Numbered from the stretch's first letter, positions 37,544 to 50,542 are shown. The stretch is DNA of 64,000 nucleotides from Selaginella moellendorffii (GCF_000143415.4 NW_003314330.1:434001-498000), one strand, 5' to 3'. Made by a program: numbers and translations. The notes: generated by a model from the letters alone, not told the origin.

Positions 37544-39457
37544 TCACAGAAAGATGGTTTCCAATTCAGCCCCGTATTCCTCTTCGTCAAAAGCCTCCTG
37601 GAGCCTCCGCAGCTCGTCTGCTCTCTTCTGCTCTTCTTGAGCTTTCATCCTCGCGAAAGCTTCCTCTTGGTCTTTCCGGGCTTTCGCCTCGTCAGCCACC
37701 TCGTCCGGAGCTTTGGTCGGTTGATCCCTGCCGGATGGAGCAACCTTGGACGTAACCTCCCTCGCCAGCTCCTTGATCTTGGGAGTGACCACGGAGACGG
37801 TCTCCTTGATCTTGGGAAGAACGGCGGGAGGAGGAGGAGTTTCCTTCAACACCGCGTCCTTGAAAGTCTTTGGAGCTTCCTTGACGGCCTCCATAACTTT
37901 GGCTACACCACTTAGCGCTTCTACCGCTGTTGAAGGCTGCTGAGCTTCCTCTGGAGGTGGCGGTGGCGATGGCGATGGAGGCGAAACTTTGAACGTTGGA
38001 ACTGGCTTCAAGCCTGGAGCTTGAGTTTGAGTCGATGGAGGAGGCTGCGGAGCTGGAGCTGACGCTGTTCTAGCGTAGTCAGGCCTGGAGACGACTGGAT
38101 CCGGAGCCGATGGTGCCTTCATCAGCCGATGGCTCGGTTTGATCTCGTCTTTTCTGCCTCCCATGATCTCGACCTTGAGGCTTTCGGAGTGAATGTGTTT
38201 GGCTGCCGCTGTCGTCGGTGGAGCACCAGGCATTGCCGCGGGAGGAGAAGGTAGAATTCTACCTGCAGTGCCTGCCGAGGTGGAGATGGCCTCCGAAAGA
38301 TCTGTGGTTCCTCGAGTTATGATGTCCGAGAGGTCCGTCGCTGTTGCTCCCTCGGTTGTGTACGCGGCAGCGATTCCTTCTGTTAGTGAGGCCGGAGGCG
38401 TCTTGTATTTACGGTACTTTGCGTAGAGGCCGAGCTGGAGTGCGCCTAGAAGCACTCCCAGTCCGTTTGGAATCTAAACGAAAAACGATACGAAAAGTTA
38501 ACTCCAGATGGAATTGACGCTCGAAGATACTCACGATAATGAACTTGTCTTGCTTGAGAATACCATACAATGCCCAGATTGTAGCGTTGACAAAGCTACA
38601 CAACGAAAGCATGAAAGGCATGTACTCCACGCTCTTGGTTTCGATCACCATTTTCTGGAGAGGAGAAAGAGAAGCAAAGTGAGCGAGATCCACAAGACCG
38701 AGAGAAAATCGCCAGAGAATTTGTTTTAATCACCTTGTTTGTTTGTTTTGTGTGAATCTTAAGCTCAGCTTTTGTGAGTGTTTTACCATAACCGACAGCG
38801 GTGCTGCATACATCATCGTGTTGATTATCACGTTGATTGATCCCAGAAACGTTGTCCTGTCGTCGCCCTCAAACGCTCCCAGCGTGATGGCGAAAGTGAT
38901 CGCACAAAAGAAGATCACAAACACAAGACTCCGCAAAACTTGAGTCTGTAGGAAAACCATAAGCTCAAGAACAAAGCAAAGTTGCAAAGAAAGAGAAACA
39001 AAGAAGAACTCGAGCTATGGAGCGTACCTTGACAGGCCATGCCGCGTAGTAGATAAAGATGACTAGATAAACCGCCTCAATCACAATGCCGGCCCCGTTG
39101 ATCGTGAGGACGAGGATGTTGTTCTCGCTGATGATCGGCAGGCCATAGAAGAACCAGAGCAAGCAATTCATGAGTGTACACACATAGGGAAACGCCGAGA
39201 ACCGCCCGGTATCCTTTTGTTTGTAGATGATCGAGAATGTCGGCCTGGAAAGCAGCGAAGAAACAAGATCGATTTAGGGGAATGGAGCCCGAGATACGAG
39301 AGATCTGGAAGCGATGCTTACAGCGGGGAGAAGAACATGATCATCGCCGTGATATTTCCTGCGAGGTCACCGAAATATCGCGGAATGAGATCGAAATCTC
39401 GCAATGTGGGACTGGATTCTTACCTAAGACGCCGAGCGCCACTGTTCCAGACCCCAT
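37544..39457 (-). CDS. SWEET: SWEET sugar transporter with very long Pro/Ala/Glu/Lys-rich C-terminal tail, multi-exon
   Basis: MGSGTVALGVLG/NITAMIMFFSP; FSAFPYVCTLMNCLLWFFYG; LVLTINGAG; MYAAPLSVM; VIETKSVEYMPFMLS; IPNGLG..LGALQL. Confidence 0.92.
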
Positions 39458-39596
39458 CCTTCGATCGCCCGGAGTGGAATCGCTCGAGCGCTCAAAGGAG
39501 GATCATCAAGAAGGAGCGAAGCCTTTCACACCACTCCTAAACGAAACCGTTATAACGAGAAACTTTAGGGCTAGGTTAGGCTGAAGGTAGAATAGG

Positions 39597-41995
39597 ATGA
39601 TCGTTCAGGTAAGCGCTCTTGCTCTTCTTCTTCTTCTTCTTCGCTGGAGTGAATATCGATTTCTATCAGGTGCTACTTAAGGAGCGGATCAATGAGTTTG
39701 ATTTCCGGGAATGGACGGTTTCGGTGGGTTGCGGTCTCGGATCCCAGCGACTGCGCTGGCTCGCGCATGCGGCGTGTGCGCGCATGGCCTACAACACAGG
39801 CAAGCGAGAATTTGGGAAGAATTCTTTGTTATTCATGGATTTCTTCCCTCTCTCAGGTGATGTTCCTGCGAAATATGTGCCTCAAGCTGTGCGATCCATG
39901 GTAAGTCGTGTAAGATCTTTAAATTCTTTCTCATTTCACTGCTTAATAGGGAGGAGAGGTGTTTCACCCCGACTTGATTATCAACAAGACTCTACAAGAT
40001 GGTGCTCAAGTGGAAGTCGAATGCTCAAGTAAAAGATCGGCCGTTTGTTTTTTCTGTCCTTCATCATGCTGACGTTAAGATGTCATATTTCAGGAGGGCC
40101 CGAGTCCTTCACTGTTTACCACGAGGGAAAGCCAGCTCCGGTCATCAAGGATTTCTTTCCCAAAAAACAAGAAGAAGAAGAGAAAAAACCAGAAGAACTA
40201 GAACAGCTTACTGAAACTCCTTCAGGTTTGTCAGCATTCTTTCTTTTCCTTAAAAACGTTTTTGCTCATTGTTTTTGGTTTTCCTCTTTGTAGAAACTGC
40301 TCAAGGTCAACCTCCTCCTACCGAAGCCCCACCTGCACAAAAAACAGAAACTCCACTGGCCCCAGCTGGTAATTCAGTGCTTAAGCTGGCCTTGTATTGT
40401 TGGCGTGACTTGTGTTTGCAGTGGACAGCGAGGGAAATCCTCTTCCTATGGAACCTCCACCGCCACCTCCTCCGCCTGATAAGAGAGTCGTATGGGCCAA
40501 CAGTGTTCTAGACTCCATAGGTACTTTTTGGACGGGTGTGAAGGCTGACTTGACATTGTGTTGGTTGATTGGCAGACTGGACGAAGTATCCTGTTGCCGG
40601 AGATCTTAACATCAATTATGAGACTTGGGAAAAGGACTGTGGTATGTCCGCGTATACGCCTCAGTTTTTTGATTGACTTGGTGTACAGCGCCGCTGCTGT
40701 CTAGGAATCGTGCAATCGGTCTTAATCTGGTACTGTGCCAAAGGCGATGAGATCGAGGACAAGGATTTTGGAGTACTCAATTGTGTATGGTTTTCGTTTC
40801 ATTGTGCTTTACATGATTCGTTGACAAGCAGCCTTTTTCCAGGAGCAATTTCGAGAAATATTTGTTGATACAAAGCTGTGTATTGATCAAGCTGGTGGTA
40901 AGCTACTCTATGTAATTTCCAATTAATTATTGATTATCAACGATTGGCTGCAGAGGATGTGGTCGATAGTTGTTTCGATGACGGTTTAAAAGCTACGAAC
41001 TGCCCATCAGCTTATCAGCTTTCACTTGTGGAGTTTATTCCCGCACTCATCCAATTTGCCTCATGTAACTCCTTTTGTTTCCCTCTCTTCGACGCTAATT
41101 TTCAGGCTTTCTATGCAGCCTCGTTATTCGAACCATTTGTACCAGAGCGCGATAGACAACATCTGTCAACAAGGGTAGCTTCATAAGGCACATTATAGCT
41201 AGAAAATGGCTCGTCTTCACAGGTCACGCATCTCATTCGCAATTTCTTAGCACGGACCTTGAGCGAGCAAATCTCAGCGGGGCTTAAAGAACTGCACAAG
41301 GCAGCTAAGACTGGGACCGTATGCATGGTAAGCAAGCAGACACATTTTTAGTTCTGAAACATTTTGTTTTTCTCCAGGACGTTCTCAAAGAGAACAAAGA
41401 GCTGTCTCAAGCATGCATAAAGCGTTGCAAGCCCCCGTCTGATCCCACTAAGAAGAAAATTAGAGTTCCATTCCACATACTCTTACCTTTTTTTCGGGTA
41501 AGTCATTTATTTGAAATGACAATTGATTCAATCTTTTTCTTTTTCGTGCTTGTAGAGATGGCTTGTGCTTGGTGACCACTGGAAACCACAGAGAGCGTCA
41601 CTGATACTTATATACGCGTTCCAAAGGTCGCAAGTAAGTGGCAATCGAGAAACGAAAGTATATGTGTGCTAAGTTGCTCTACAGGGTGTTGGCGAATTTA
41701 CTCCCGTTCCTTCTGGCTTCAGCTTTGGACCAAAACAATTGAGAAGGGTAAGGGCCTTCCGCATTGGGACTTTGCCATCGAAAGGTTTAAGTATTTGCTT
41801 TCTTTCATGCAGTTTTTTTTCGGAGCTTCATATTTTGCCTTCATGGAGTCGACGTCTCTCATCAAAATCTCCGACCATGCTTACCTGAGAGACTTCCTGG
41901 ACAAGGTTTTCAAGAGATCTGGGGTTGCCAAGCCGCTCTACACTACATATGAAGAAAAGAAGGCCTATCTTCGCTCAATACTCTTGCACGAGTGA
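39597..41995 (+). CDS. Uncharacterised multi-exon protein
   Basis: ATGATCGTTCAG|GT start and many short GT-AG introns; coding-like exons (WTVSVGCGLGSQRLRWLAHAACARM; LSLVEFIPALIQFA; LRDFLDKVFK); stop at 41993-41995. Confidence 0.7.
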
Positions 41996-42893
41996 TTGAT
42001 TTCATATGCTTAACAGTGTAAGAGAGAAGAATGCGCTTTGTGATGATGAAAGATCTCACTCCTGGAAATGTAGGAGGTTGGCTAGGCTTTAGTTCTCCAT
42101 CTTGTGTGGTGGCTAGAGTGCTCTTTGGGATATTTTGTGTAGAAATTGTTTGAAATACTTTTCAAGAGTGACCAATTTTGTCCAGTCAGAAAAACTTTTT
42201 GGTAAGATTTTTATAATTATACGTTTACATAATTATATGAAAATTATTAATATCAAAGATAAAAATATTTTTGAGATACATTATAGAAGAAGAACTTAAC
42301 TGAACAACTTACAACACTTACATTCTCCACAAATATAAAATTTTCTTTAGAAATTTTGCTATGCTTCTTATAAACTTAATAAATGTTAAATATTAAAAAA
42401 AATGTTTAAAAGTGACAAAGAATGCCTAAGTACGTATTATATTAAAAATAAGGTAATAAAAAATGATTATATACATTTGTATTTCTTTTATTTTAAAAAC
42501 TTAGTGAACTTTTATGATAAAAATTATTAATGTATGGTTTTATGTATTTTTTGGTTAAGTTCTATAATTAAATTATGTATGTCATAAACAACTTTGTATA
42601 AAAACATCAAAATTCTAAAATAGAAAGACTACAAAACATTATTTCCATTATGAATTTTGAGAAATAAGTTTCTGGAATGAAAAAAAAAATAGTTAAAATA
42701 TAATTTTCTTAAGTTCATTTTTTGAATCACTCATACTTTTTTTTTCAAAATAAAATATACTAAAAGTTTTTCTTAGATAATTATAAATTCCATTTAGTAA
42801 TGAATAATGATGCAGAAATTTAATTAATGGCTATGGGCTACCAATCACTTTATATGATATTTCTATCTAGAATCATGGCTTGAATCTTCATAA

Positions 42894-42970
42894 TGTAAAC
42901 TCATAAATTTAGATATTTTAGAGATTTCACCCAACCTAATACTCTAAAACTTTTAACCGATTAAAAAATG
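42894..42970 (-). mobile_element. Degenerate Cassandra LTR fragment
   Basis: Reverse complement resembles atcggttaa...gtact..gggtga...agcttaca of the TRIM LTR. Confidence 0.45.
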
Positions 42971-43866
42971 GGCGTTCAAGAGAAAATCTAGATTTACTTC
43001 TTTCATCCCAAGCTTTTATGTAGTGTCAACCAAAACTTCATCATTATTTTAGTTTTTTTTTTTTTTGCCTTAATTAGAAATGAAGTCTTTTTAAGTATAT
43101 CATTCATCATGAATCTCTTAACAGCCATTTTTATAACTTCCTTTAATTCTAAATTTAACTGTTTGTTTTAGCCATATATGCCACTTCATTTCGTTACTTT
43201 ACCATTATTAAAATTAATTACCTCTTTTGCTTTGAACTTGCAAAATTGTTTTTTTTTTTCTTCTTTAGCCTTTTTATTCGATGCAATTGTTATAATATAC
43301 TATAGATGTATTAAAGATTTGTAGGTTCATGAACATTTGTCCTTTAGTGAGCGTCTTTTGGTTTGTTGTAGTTGGCATTTAAAGGTGTGATGTAAGCTCT
43401 TGAAAAATTAGTGGATTTGAAAATTATTGGAATTGAATATTGATGTCATTTGCAACTGTGACACTTTGCAAAGAATTTAGCTCATAATTTTTTTTGTATC
43501 ATTATCTTCTTAAAGCCAACTTTATAATGTTCTTTGATGTATGAGCTTGATTCAATTTGCCAGGACTTAACACATTCTAACTATAATGGTTAAAAGTTCA
43601 TATATCAAAGTACTAAAGGCATTAATGAACAATGTTCCAGAAAGAAGTAAATAGGTATGGATTAGGGTTGATAAGTTGATTGGTTGTTAAAGTTGATTTA
43701 TAACTAATAACCCCTTATATAATTATGTTGTTAAAGCTACCAACAAAGTATAAATATTAGAATGAGTGATTGTTTGTCTGGGTGGATACACTTTCAATTT
43801 TAATGAGCCAGTGTGAAAGGAGAAATGGCAAGTTAATGAAGTACAGTATTGCTAGTGTAATAAATC

Positions 43867-44204
43867 ACTACGTGTTGCATGTAGCAACACTTGATTTGCT
43901 TAATAGTAATGTTATTCTTAATTGATCAAATAAAAGTTTATAATTAGAAGCATGTTTATAATTTATAAATACAAAATTAATCTTATTGTATATTAACCAT
44001 TAGATGGTAGAATAAAAAAGAATATACTAGAAAGTGTTTAAGAAAGTTTATAAATATAAATATATTTTTAAATTATAAATACAAGATTAATCTAAATGAA
44101 TAATAATCATAAGATGGTAGAATGTTGTAAAATATCCAAATATATTCTAGGTATATCCACTACCATCTCAGTCCCCCTACAAGTTTGCTTAAGCAAACCA
44201 AAAA
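43867..44204 (-). mobile_element. Short non-autonomous Helentron/Helitron2-like element, copy 2
   Basis: Terminal palindrome GTTTGCTTAAGCAAAC, subterminal inverted repeat, and hairpin GTGTTGC-ATGTA-GCAACAC; homologous to 16341-16628. Confidence 0.55.
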
Positions 44205-45142
44205 GTCTAATACTTATATTTCCTTTATAAGTGAAGATGACCTTTGGAATATTTACTTTTAATTCATAGACAAAATTGACAAAAAAAATTTCTTTTTAAA
44301 TATTTATCATGAATATTTAAGTTTAATCTGTAATAATAAGGAGGAGTTGCCAAACTTTTTGGGCTGCCAGATCTAGCCAATAGCAGTCATCTAATGGGAG
44401 GTAACTTGGTAAATATTGCTTTTTCACCGTGTATCGTTTTTTTTGCATGCGTCTTGTGTGTTCTTTTGAAATATTTTTGTGAGGTTTGGGCCGGCTAGTG
44501 GCATGTGACATAGGCTGGGCCAGAGGAGAAGATGTGAGTGACAACTACTTATTTGTGTGGCTCAAACAAAAGGGATAAAACTCTCCTTTTATCATAGCTC
44601 CTGTCAACTATGAAGTTTTTATTACAAGCATTGTTGACATTGTTAACATCATCTTTCATTTAGTTCATGGATTGTGAGCAAACATTTATGGATTTTAAAG
44701 AGCTCTTGACGACTCTTCCAACTTTGGCGTATTCTAACTACATTTAACTTTTTATTTTACACATGGATGCTTTTAATATCGATCTTGGAGATGTGTTAAT
44801 GCAAAAAATCCTAAGTGTGCTTTGTCAGTGCCATCCTATTGCATATATCAATCGTACATTACAACTAACAAAGGTGAACTACTCCATGACAGAGGAAAAG
44901 TGTTTAATAGTAGTTTGGGGTTTCGAGAAACTTTACATGGTTCTCAAACATTAATAAAAAGTGATCATGCTATAGTTATTTTATTATTGAAGCAAAAGAA
45001 CTTGGTTGATCGTACTATTTGGTTAGCTTTGAAGTTTTAAATATATGATTTTGATGTTTTTCATCACCTAAAGAGTTTTATAATTGATGCCATTTCTCAA
45101 GCTCCTTTTCCTTCTTCACTCTTTTTTCATATTTTTGACAAG

Positions 45143-47102
45143 TGTAAATGATTAAGTTCTCTATTCTATTTTAATCACTTAACTACACCTTTGACCATTT
45201 AGAGGAGTCTCACTCACACCCTCCATAAGTTTTATTCAGGAATTAGGGACATGTTAGCCTCGTGAATAACATCTATGTTACTTAACTTTTGCACTTGGTC
45301 CAAGTGTTCCATGTGTTCAATCACATAACTAACACCCAAAGGTACCACTGATATATTAGCCCGTTATGGTAAGGTGATACTCATTCACCTTTGTCACATC
45401 AATAGTCCAAGACCACCTACATTACCATCTCATCCTTTAAAGATTGGGCCATCCATCCATAAATGGTCATCATTGACCACACTTTAAAACCCTTATGATG
45501 TTTGAAGACATAAGGAACACCCTTCCCTAATGTCCCTTCTTTTATCCCCACTAAGTCCCTCTTCATCCATGGCCATGTTCACCAACATTGCCACTGAGTC
45601 AAGCCCCAAAAGCCCGACTGTTAAGTCCCACTGTCCTTTAAAACTTCCTCACCATGTAACCGTATCCTTGGTCATTACATCAAAGGACTGCTCCTTTCCT
45701 TTTCATAGTCTAGGATTTGGGACGACATTTTAAACACTATAGACCTACACAGGCTTTGTGATTATTTCCCCACCTTTCGCCGTTAAATGCCTTAGCCATG
45801 TGGCGAGAACAAGGTTCCAATGAGCCACATTAGGTGTTGTAAGCGACTAATTTTTCCATTTTACTTTAGTCACTTAACCGCACCTCCGACCACTTGGAGG
45901 AGTCTCACTCACAACCTCCGTAAGCCTAGTACTATTCAAACCTAAGGAACCCCAAATATCCCAAGACCTTTAACCGATTAGAAAAAAGGGTGCACTCTTG
46001 TTCATGGGCCCTTTCCCTCTATATCTAAACCCCATGGACCGTCTCTCGAGTCGTTTCCTTTGGTTGCTTACAACTAGATATCATGTAGGTAGTGCCATCC
46101 ACACTTGGATTGAGAGCATTGACCATTCAATCTCCCAGGGGAGCTAGAACTGGCTCTTGAACACTTCACAAGCTACCTTGTTTGTCTATCCGTATTCACT
46201 CTAGCCTTGGATGCCTTAATGGTTTTATCATCACCCAATACATGGATATAGCCTTTCTTGGTCACATTAGCCTCCCCTTGCCAAACTAACTCCAATGGAG
46301 TCCTCCCCCTATTATACTTTTGGAGCTCACCATACCTCTTCAGGTTTGGGAGATAATTGCTTTGGGCTTTCACTTTTGAACTTGGACTCGAACTCAGACT
46401 CAGACTTAGACTCGGTCTTAATCTTAGTCTTGGACTAGGTCTTAGACTCGGTTTTGGACTCGATTTTGGTGTCAATCTTTGTCCCGGTCTAGGTCTTGGT
46501 CTCGGTCTCGATCTCGGTCTCTTTCTTAGCCTCAACCTTAGACTCCATCTCATGTCTATCTCAAACTCTATCTTAGGTCCATCTTTGGACCCGAGATGGA
46601 GTCTGAGATGGACCCAAGATGCATTTCGGACTCCATCTCGGACTCCATCTTGGGTCCATCTCAGACTTCATCTTAGGTCCATCTGGGACTCTATCTTGGA
46701 CTCCATCTCGGATTACATCTTGGGTCCATCTTGGATTCCATCTTGGCCTCCATCTTTGGTCTATATCTTGGGTCTATATCGGACTCTATCTCGGACTCCA
46801 TCTTGGGTCTATATTGGATTCCATCTCAAACTCCTTCTCAAACTCCTTTTTGGACTTGTTTTTGACACTTCCATGTGTCATGACATTTGCCATGTGTCAG
46901 TCCTTTTTGTGTCCCTTTTTAGAGACTCATTTATTGATTACTTTGTGCTTGTCCCTTGAGCACTTTATTTAGAATTCCACTCCCAATCTTGACTTTCCAA
47001 GTCAGAGCCTTTAATCTAAATATGTTACGTTTGTTGGACTTCCGTTTTGACCTGAGACACCCTTTTTGCTCCACTTTGGGTCTTAGGGATTTGTGTCTTA
47101 TA
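45143..47102 (-). mobile_element. Older solo LTR of the 7.6 kb element family
   Basis: Colinear diverged copy of 353-2146 including the satellite; flanks ACAAG/ATGAG fit an ACGAG TSD after CpG decay. Confidence 0.85.
45838..46072 (-). mobile_element. Chimeric LTR: Cassandra 5' part joined to the large-element 3' end
   Basis: 45838-~45924 is near-identical to the large-LTR terminus (353-439); ~45925-46072 is the reverse complement of Cassandra LTR 12290-~12445; TG...CA ends. Confidence 0.85.
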
Positions 47103-49238
47103 ATGAGCTTATTATTCTAGCATTTGTGGAGTTTTTAGACAAGGATTCTGTGTTGTTGGCAGTTGTTATACTTGATATTTAGTGTTTATAAAGTGCATAG
47201 CAAAATTTACCTTTTTTTTAAGAGGTTCATGAAACTCAAAAGGTTAAACTATGGATATAAAAGCTTCACAATGGGTTTGAGAATTTTATATCATTTGTTG
47301 ATGATTTGCCATCTTAGCATTTACATTCTCAATATTGTCTTGAGGATGATATTCTTTAATTTAGGGATGGATCCTAATGATCATTTAAGGTTGGTGGTGC
47401 CCTTAATCTTTATTTCACACTTTCTCTATGCCTACCATAATTCTCCTATTCTAGGTGAGCATATGGGACATCATGGTGTGATTAAGAAGTTGTGTAAGTC
47501 TTTTTATTAGCTGAAAATGTGACGTAATGTTATCTGGTATGTATATAATTGCATTTGGTGCCAACCTCATAATACTTTCTTTTGTGTTGTGGAAAAACAA
47601 TTAGAGTTAATTAGAGTTTCCCATTCATTTAAGTTGGTGGTGTTTGGCCTTTTCCATGGTCAACTGTTAGTAATGAATATATCATTATTGCTTATAACTA
47701 CTTGACTTGCTGGGTGGACATTAGTGCTCTTGCTAGTGTGTTTATAACTACTATTAAATACTTCCTCCTCAATTGAGTGATGTTTTAACATTTCTATCTA
47801 AAGTGAATTTTTTCGGATAATGGTCCCATATTTATGGTCGAGGCGTTTCATATCTTAATGTCTCATCTAAATACATCACACTTTCATGAGCACTCATTAT
47901 TCACAGTCAGATGGTTTAGTGGAATAGCTTGTTTGAACCTTTAAATGGATGATTATGAAGTATATAAATTTTTAACATTTAAATTAGAATGGTTATTTGC
48001 CATCTCTTTGATATGCATATATTACAGAAATGTGGTGCTTCACTATATAAATTCTTATATGGTCATGATTCAATACTACCATGGAGTTAAGTTTACTTTC
48101 ACAATTGCCACAAATTGCTAATGCTAGGTTTTAGGAATTAATATTTAATGAGCATTCTTCCATTGATCCAAGCAGAGTCTATTAAATACTTGGGCCATAT
48201 ACAAGTGGGACAACAACAACACTACAACTCCCATCATTGTCCATTTGAAAAGTATAAAATGGATGATTTGGTGTTAATCCTTCAATTTATAGTACATGGT
48301 TTGTCTAAAAGGCATCTTGCTTAGTGGAAAGGATATATCAGGTGTTGTGGCAAGTTCAACCACAAGTTTATAAATTTTAGTGTAACATTAAACAAACTAA
48401 CCCTCCAAAAATTATGCATGTGTAACAATTGAAATACTTCATACAAAAAGATTAGGAACAATTAGCACCACTTACAAATCCACTAATACCTCTTCTTGAT
48501 GTTTCTCTAGATCCTAGTCTATCCACTAGAGAACCTTGACTATCTTCTATCATTTCGAAACAAGGGGATGATACTGTATACTAATATTAGTGTAGTGAGA
48601 TTTTGATACCCATTAAATTAGTTTTAATTTAGACCACTTGCTACTGTATAAAAGCTAGGGTTTTTAAGCTAATTGATATGTATATTTCTATATTCTATTT
48701 CCATATTCTATGCACTCACAATTGTTTAAAATTTCTTATTCTAAAATTAACTAATATCAATATCATCAATCATCAACTATTAAGTTAACTAGAAACTTAA
48801 ACTCATCAACCACTGCAACCAACTCATGAAGTGGTCAATCAACTTGTGAATTGATCAATGAACTCATGAATTGACTAATAAAATAATAAATTGATCAATT
48901 AACTTATAAAATGATAAATTCATAATTCAATTAAATGAAATGAAATGGTATCTTATCAAACTCAAAAGCTACATAAACTTATTGGGTTTGAAAATTGGCA
49001 CATTGCCTTTAGACAATTTGGTAGCCTTGTTTACATGTCAAACTATGGCAAGTACATCAACAAGTTTGTTCTTCAGATTCTTGCAGAAAATTTTGAATAG
49101 TTCTCTGGCTTCTAGTGGCTTTTTTTAATTGCAGTCTCATTTGGTATGCCTGACTTTTAATTACTTCTGTATACTTTTTGAGTATAAATCGAAGGAAACT
49201 TTCCCTCACTGTATTCGTATACTCTGCAGAAAACCATT

Positions 49239-49557
49239 ATGGCAATCAACTCATCCAAGGCTGTTGTAATTTCCACGGTGGTGCTGGTGCTGGTTCTATT
49301 GGGTAAGTGTATAATTCAGTGTGGAAGGATTGCCCTATGAATATATACAGGAGGTGCGATGCAAGCTGAAGCCGCAGGACAGAGAGCGCTCCTCCAGATA
49401 GGTGAGCGACCAATTTCCTGAAACTTTTGTTAATGATTTTTCTTTTGTAGTTTGCCCTGCTGTGTGCCAATACACTAGAGTTGTTTGCAGAGGCGTTCTG
49501 TTTAATGATACATGCTACAACGCTTGCAATCTGCCGCGGGGATGCCGACCAGTTTGA
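49239..49557 (+). CDS. Secreted 6-Cys Pin-II (potato inhibitor II)-like peptide, 73 aa, 3 exons (49239-49302, 49351-49401, 49451-49557)
   Basis: Spliced translation MAINSSKAVVISTVVLVLVLLGGAMQAEAAGQRALLQIVCPAVCQYTRVVCRGVLFNDTCYNACNLPRGCRPV*; two phase-1 GT-AG introns (48 and 49 nt); TATAAAT ~55 bp upstream. Confidence 0.8.
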
Positions 49558-49884
49558 CATCCAGATTGAAATTACTGAATAAAGCCGTTTATAATTGAGT
49601 ATACCTGATGGTAACTCAGTATTGAAGAACTTGAGCTTTGTTGAAGTCTTGTCGATATCATATGAATATGAAGCTTTTGCTGTATTTCTCAATTTGAAAA
49701 GGTAGCAGAAGGAAAATTTCCGAGTTCAGACTTTCTTTGCATGTGTACCTTGAGATTGTGATTCTAATGAGATAATCTTTGTGACAAGTCTCAGTTGGGA
49801 GGCTTGACTTTTCTGGTTGTAGCGTTTACAAAATCAGAGCGTTTGTGTTGCATTCTGTGCTTGGAGCGAAATGCTTGGTTGGAA

Positions 49885-50222
49885 ATGGCAATGAAATCAA
49901 ATATCATGGCAATTGCTGTGGTGCTGGTGGTTCTCTTGGGTATAATCTCGGCTTGAGTGAAGAATTCTTGTCATTCTTGTTATGTAACAGGGGTTGCGAT
50001 GCAAGCTGAAGCTGCGGGACAGCGGACGCTCCTCCAGCGACGTGAGAGATCAATCTTACATCAGACAATTTGATATAGCTTTGGAGATCTCTTCTAGTTT
50101 GCCCGGCAGTGTGCCAGTACACTAAAGTGGTTTGCAGAGGCGTTGCCAGTTAAAGCATGCATCTGAATAGGACTGCATGCTTTAACTCTTGCAATCTCCC
50201 GCGAGGATGCCGGCCAGTGTGA
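49885..50222 (+). pseudogene. Pin-II-like peptide copy 2 (in-frame stop from an 18-nt insertion)
   Basis: MAMKSNIMAIAVVLVVLLG|VAMQAEAAGQRTLLQR|LCPAVCQYTKVVCRGV[AS*]..LNRTACFNSCNLPRGCRPV*; splice sites intact. Confidence 0.78.
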
Positions 50223-50542
50223 CTTCTTCTTCTTATTGTTTATTATGCTGTAAGGAATCACAGCTAGCTTACAAACGAGGAAGGATAAGTTGAAGCACGA
50301 ATCCGGAAATGCTGGCCTCGATCTCCACTCTGGTTCCCGAGCAAGTGAGAGACTATCTACACCGTAACTCTAGCAGTCAAGTGCCACACGCACCACAATT
50401 TGGCAAAGCTCAAACCTTTTTGCGAAATTGCTCAAAAACGCTTGTTCCAGGTAAGAGCTATCGAGAAATTTTCCAAGAACCGGCCAATTTGCTGAAAATT
50501 GAACCTTCTGTTTCGATTAGAACTCGTGATTTTATTTTGTAG

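Larger units (their letters stand above)
30828..38710. repeat. Tandem duplication: unit A ~30828-34572 and unit B ~34973-38710, separated by a ~400 bp filler
   Basis: Colinear, highly similar sequence offset by ~4.12-4.15 kb, covering the DUF1499 5' end, a whole P450 and the SWEET 3' half. Confidence 0.93.
44590..48720 (+). mobile_element. Decayed Ty3/gypsy pol (RNase H, integrase) and 3' LTR, interrupted by a solo LTR
   Basis: HPIAYINRTL..NYSMTEEKCLIVVWG (RNase H); RLVVP..H..GEHMG...C..CQ (integrase zinc finger); ~48570-48720 resembles the LTR at 61564-61735 and ends cactcaca. Confidence 0.8.

Noticed and set aside
48750-48935. Degenerate ~20-bp tandem repeats (aactcatgaattgatcaat-like)
   Set aside because: Too decayed to assign; likely a TE subterminal remnant.
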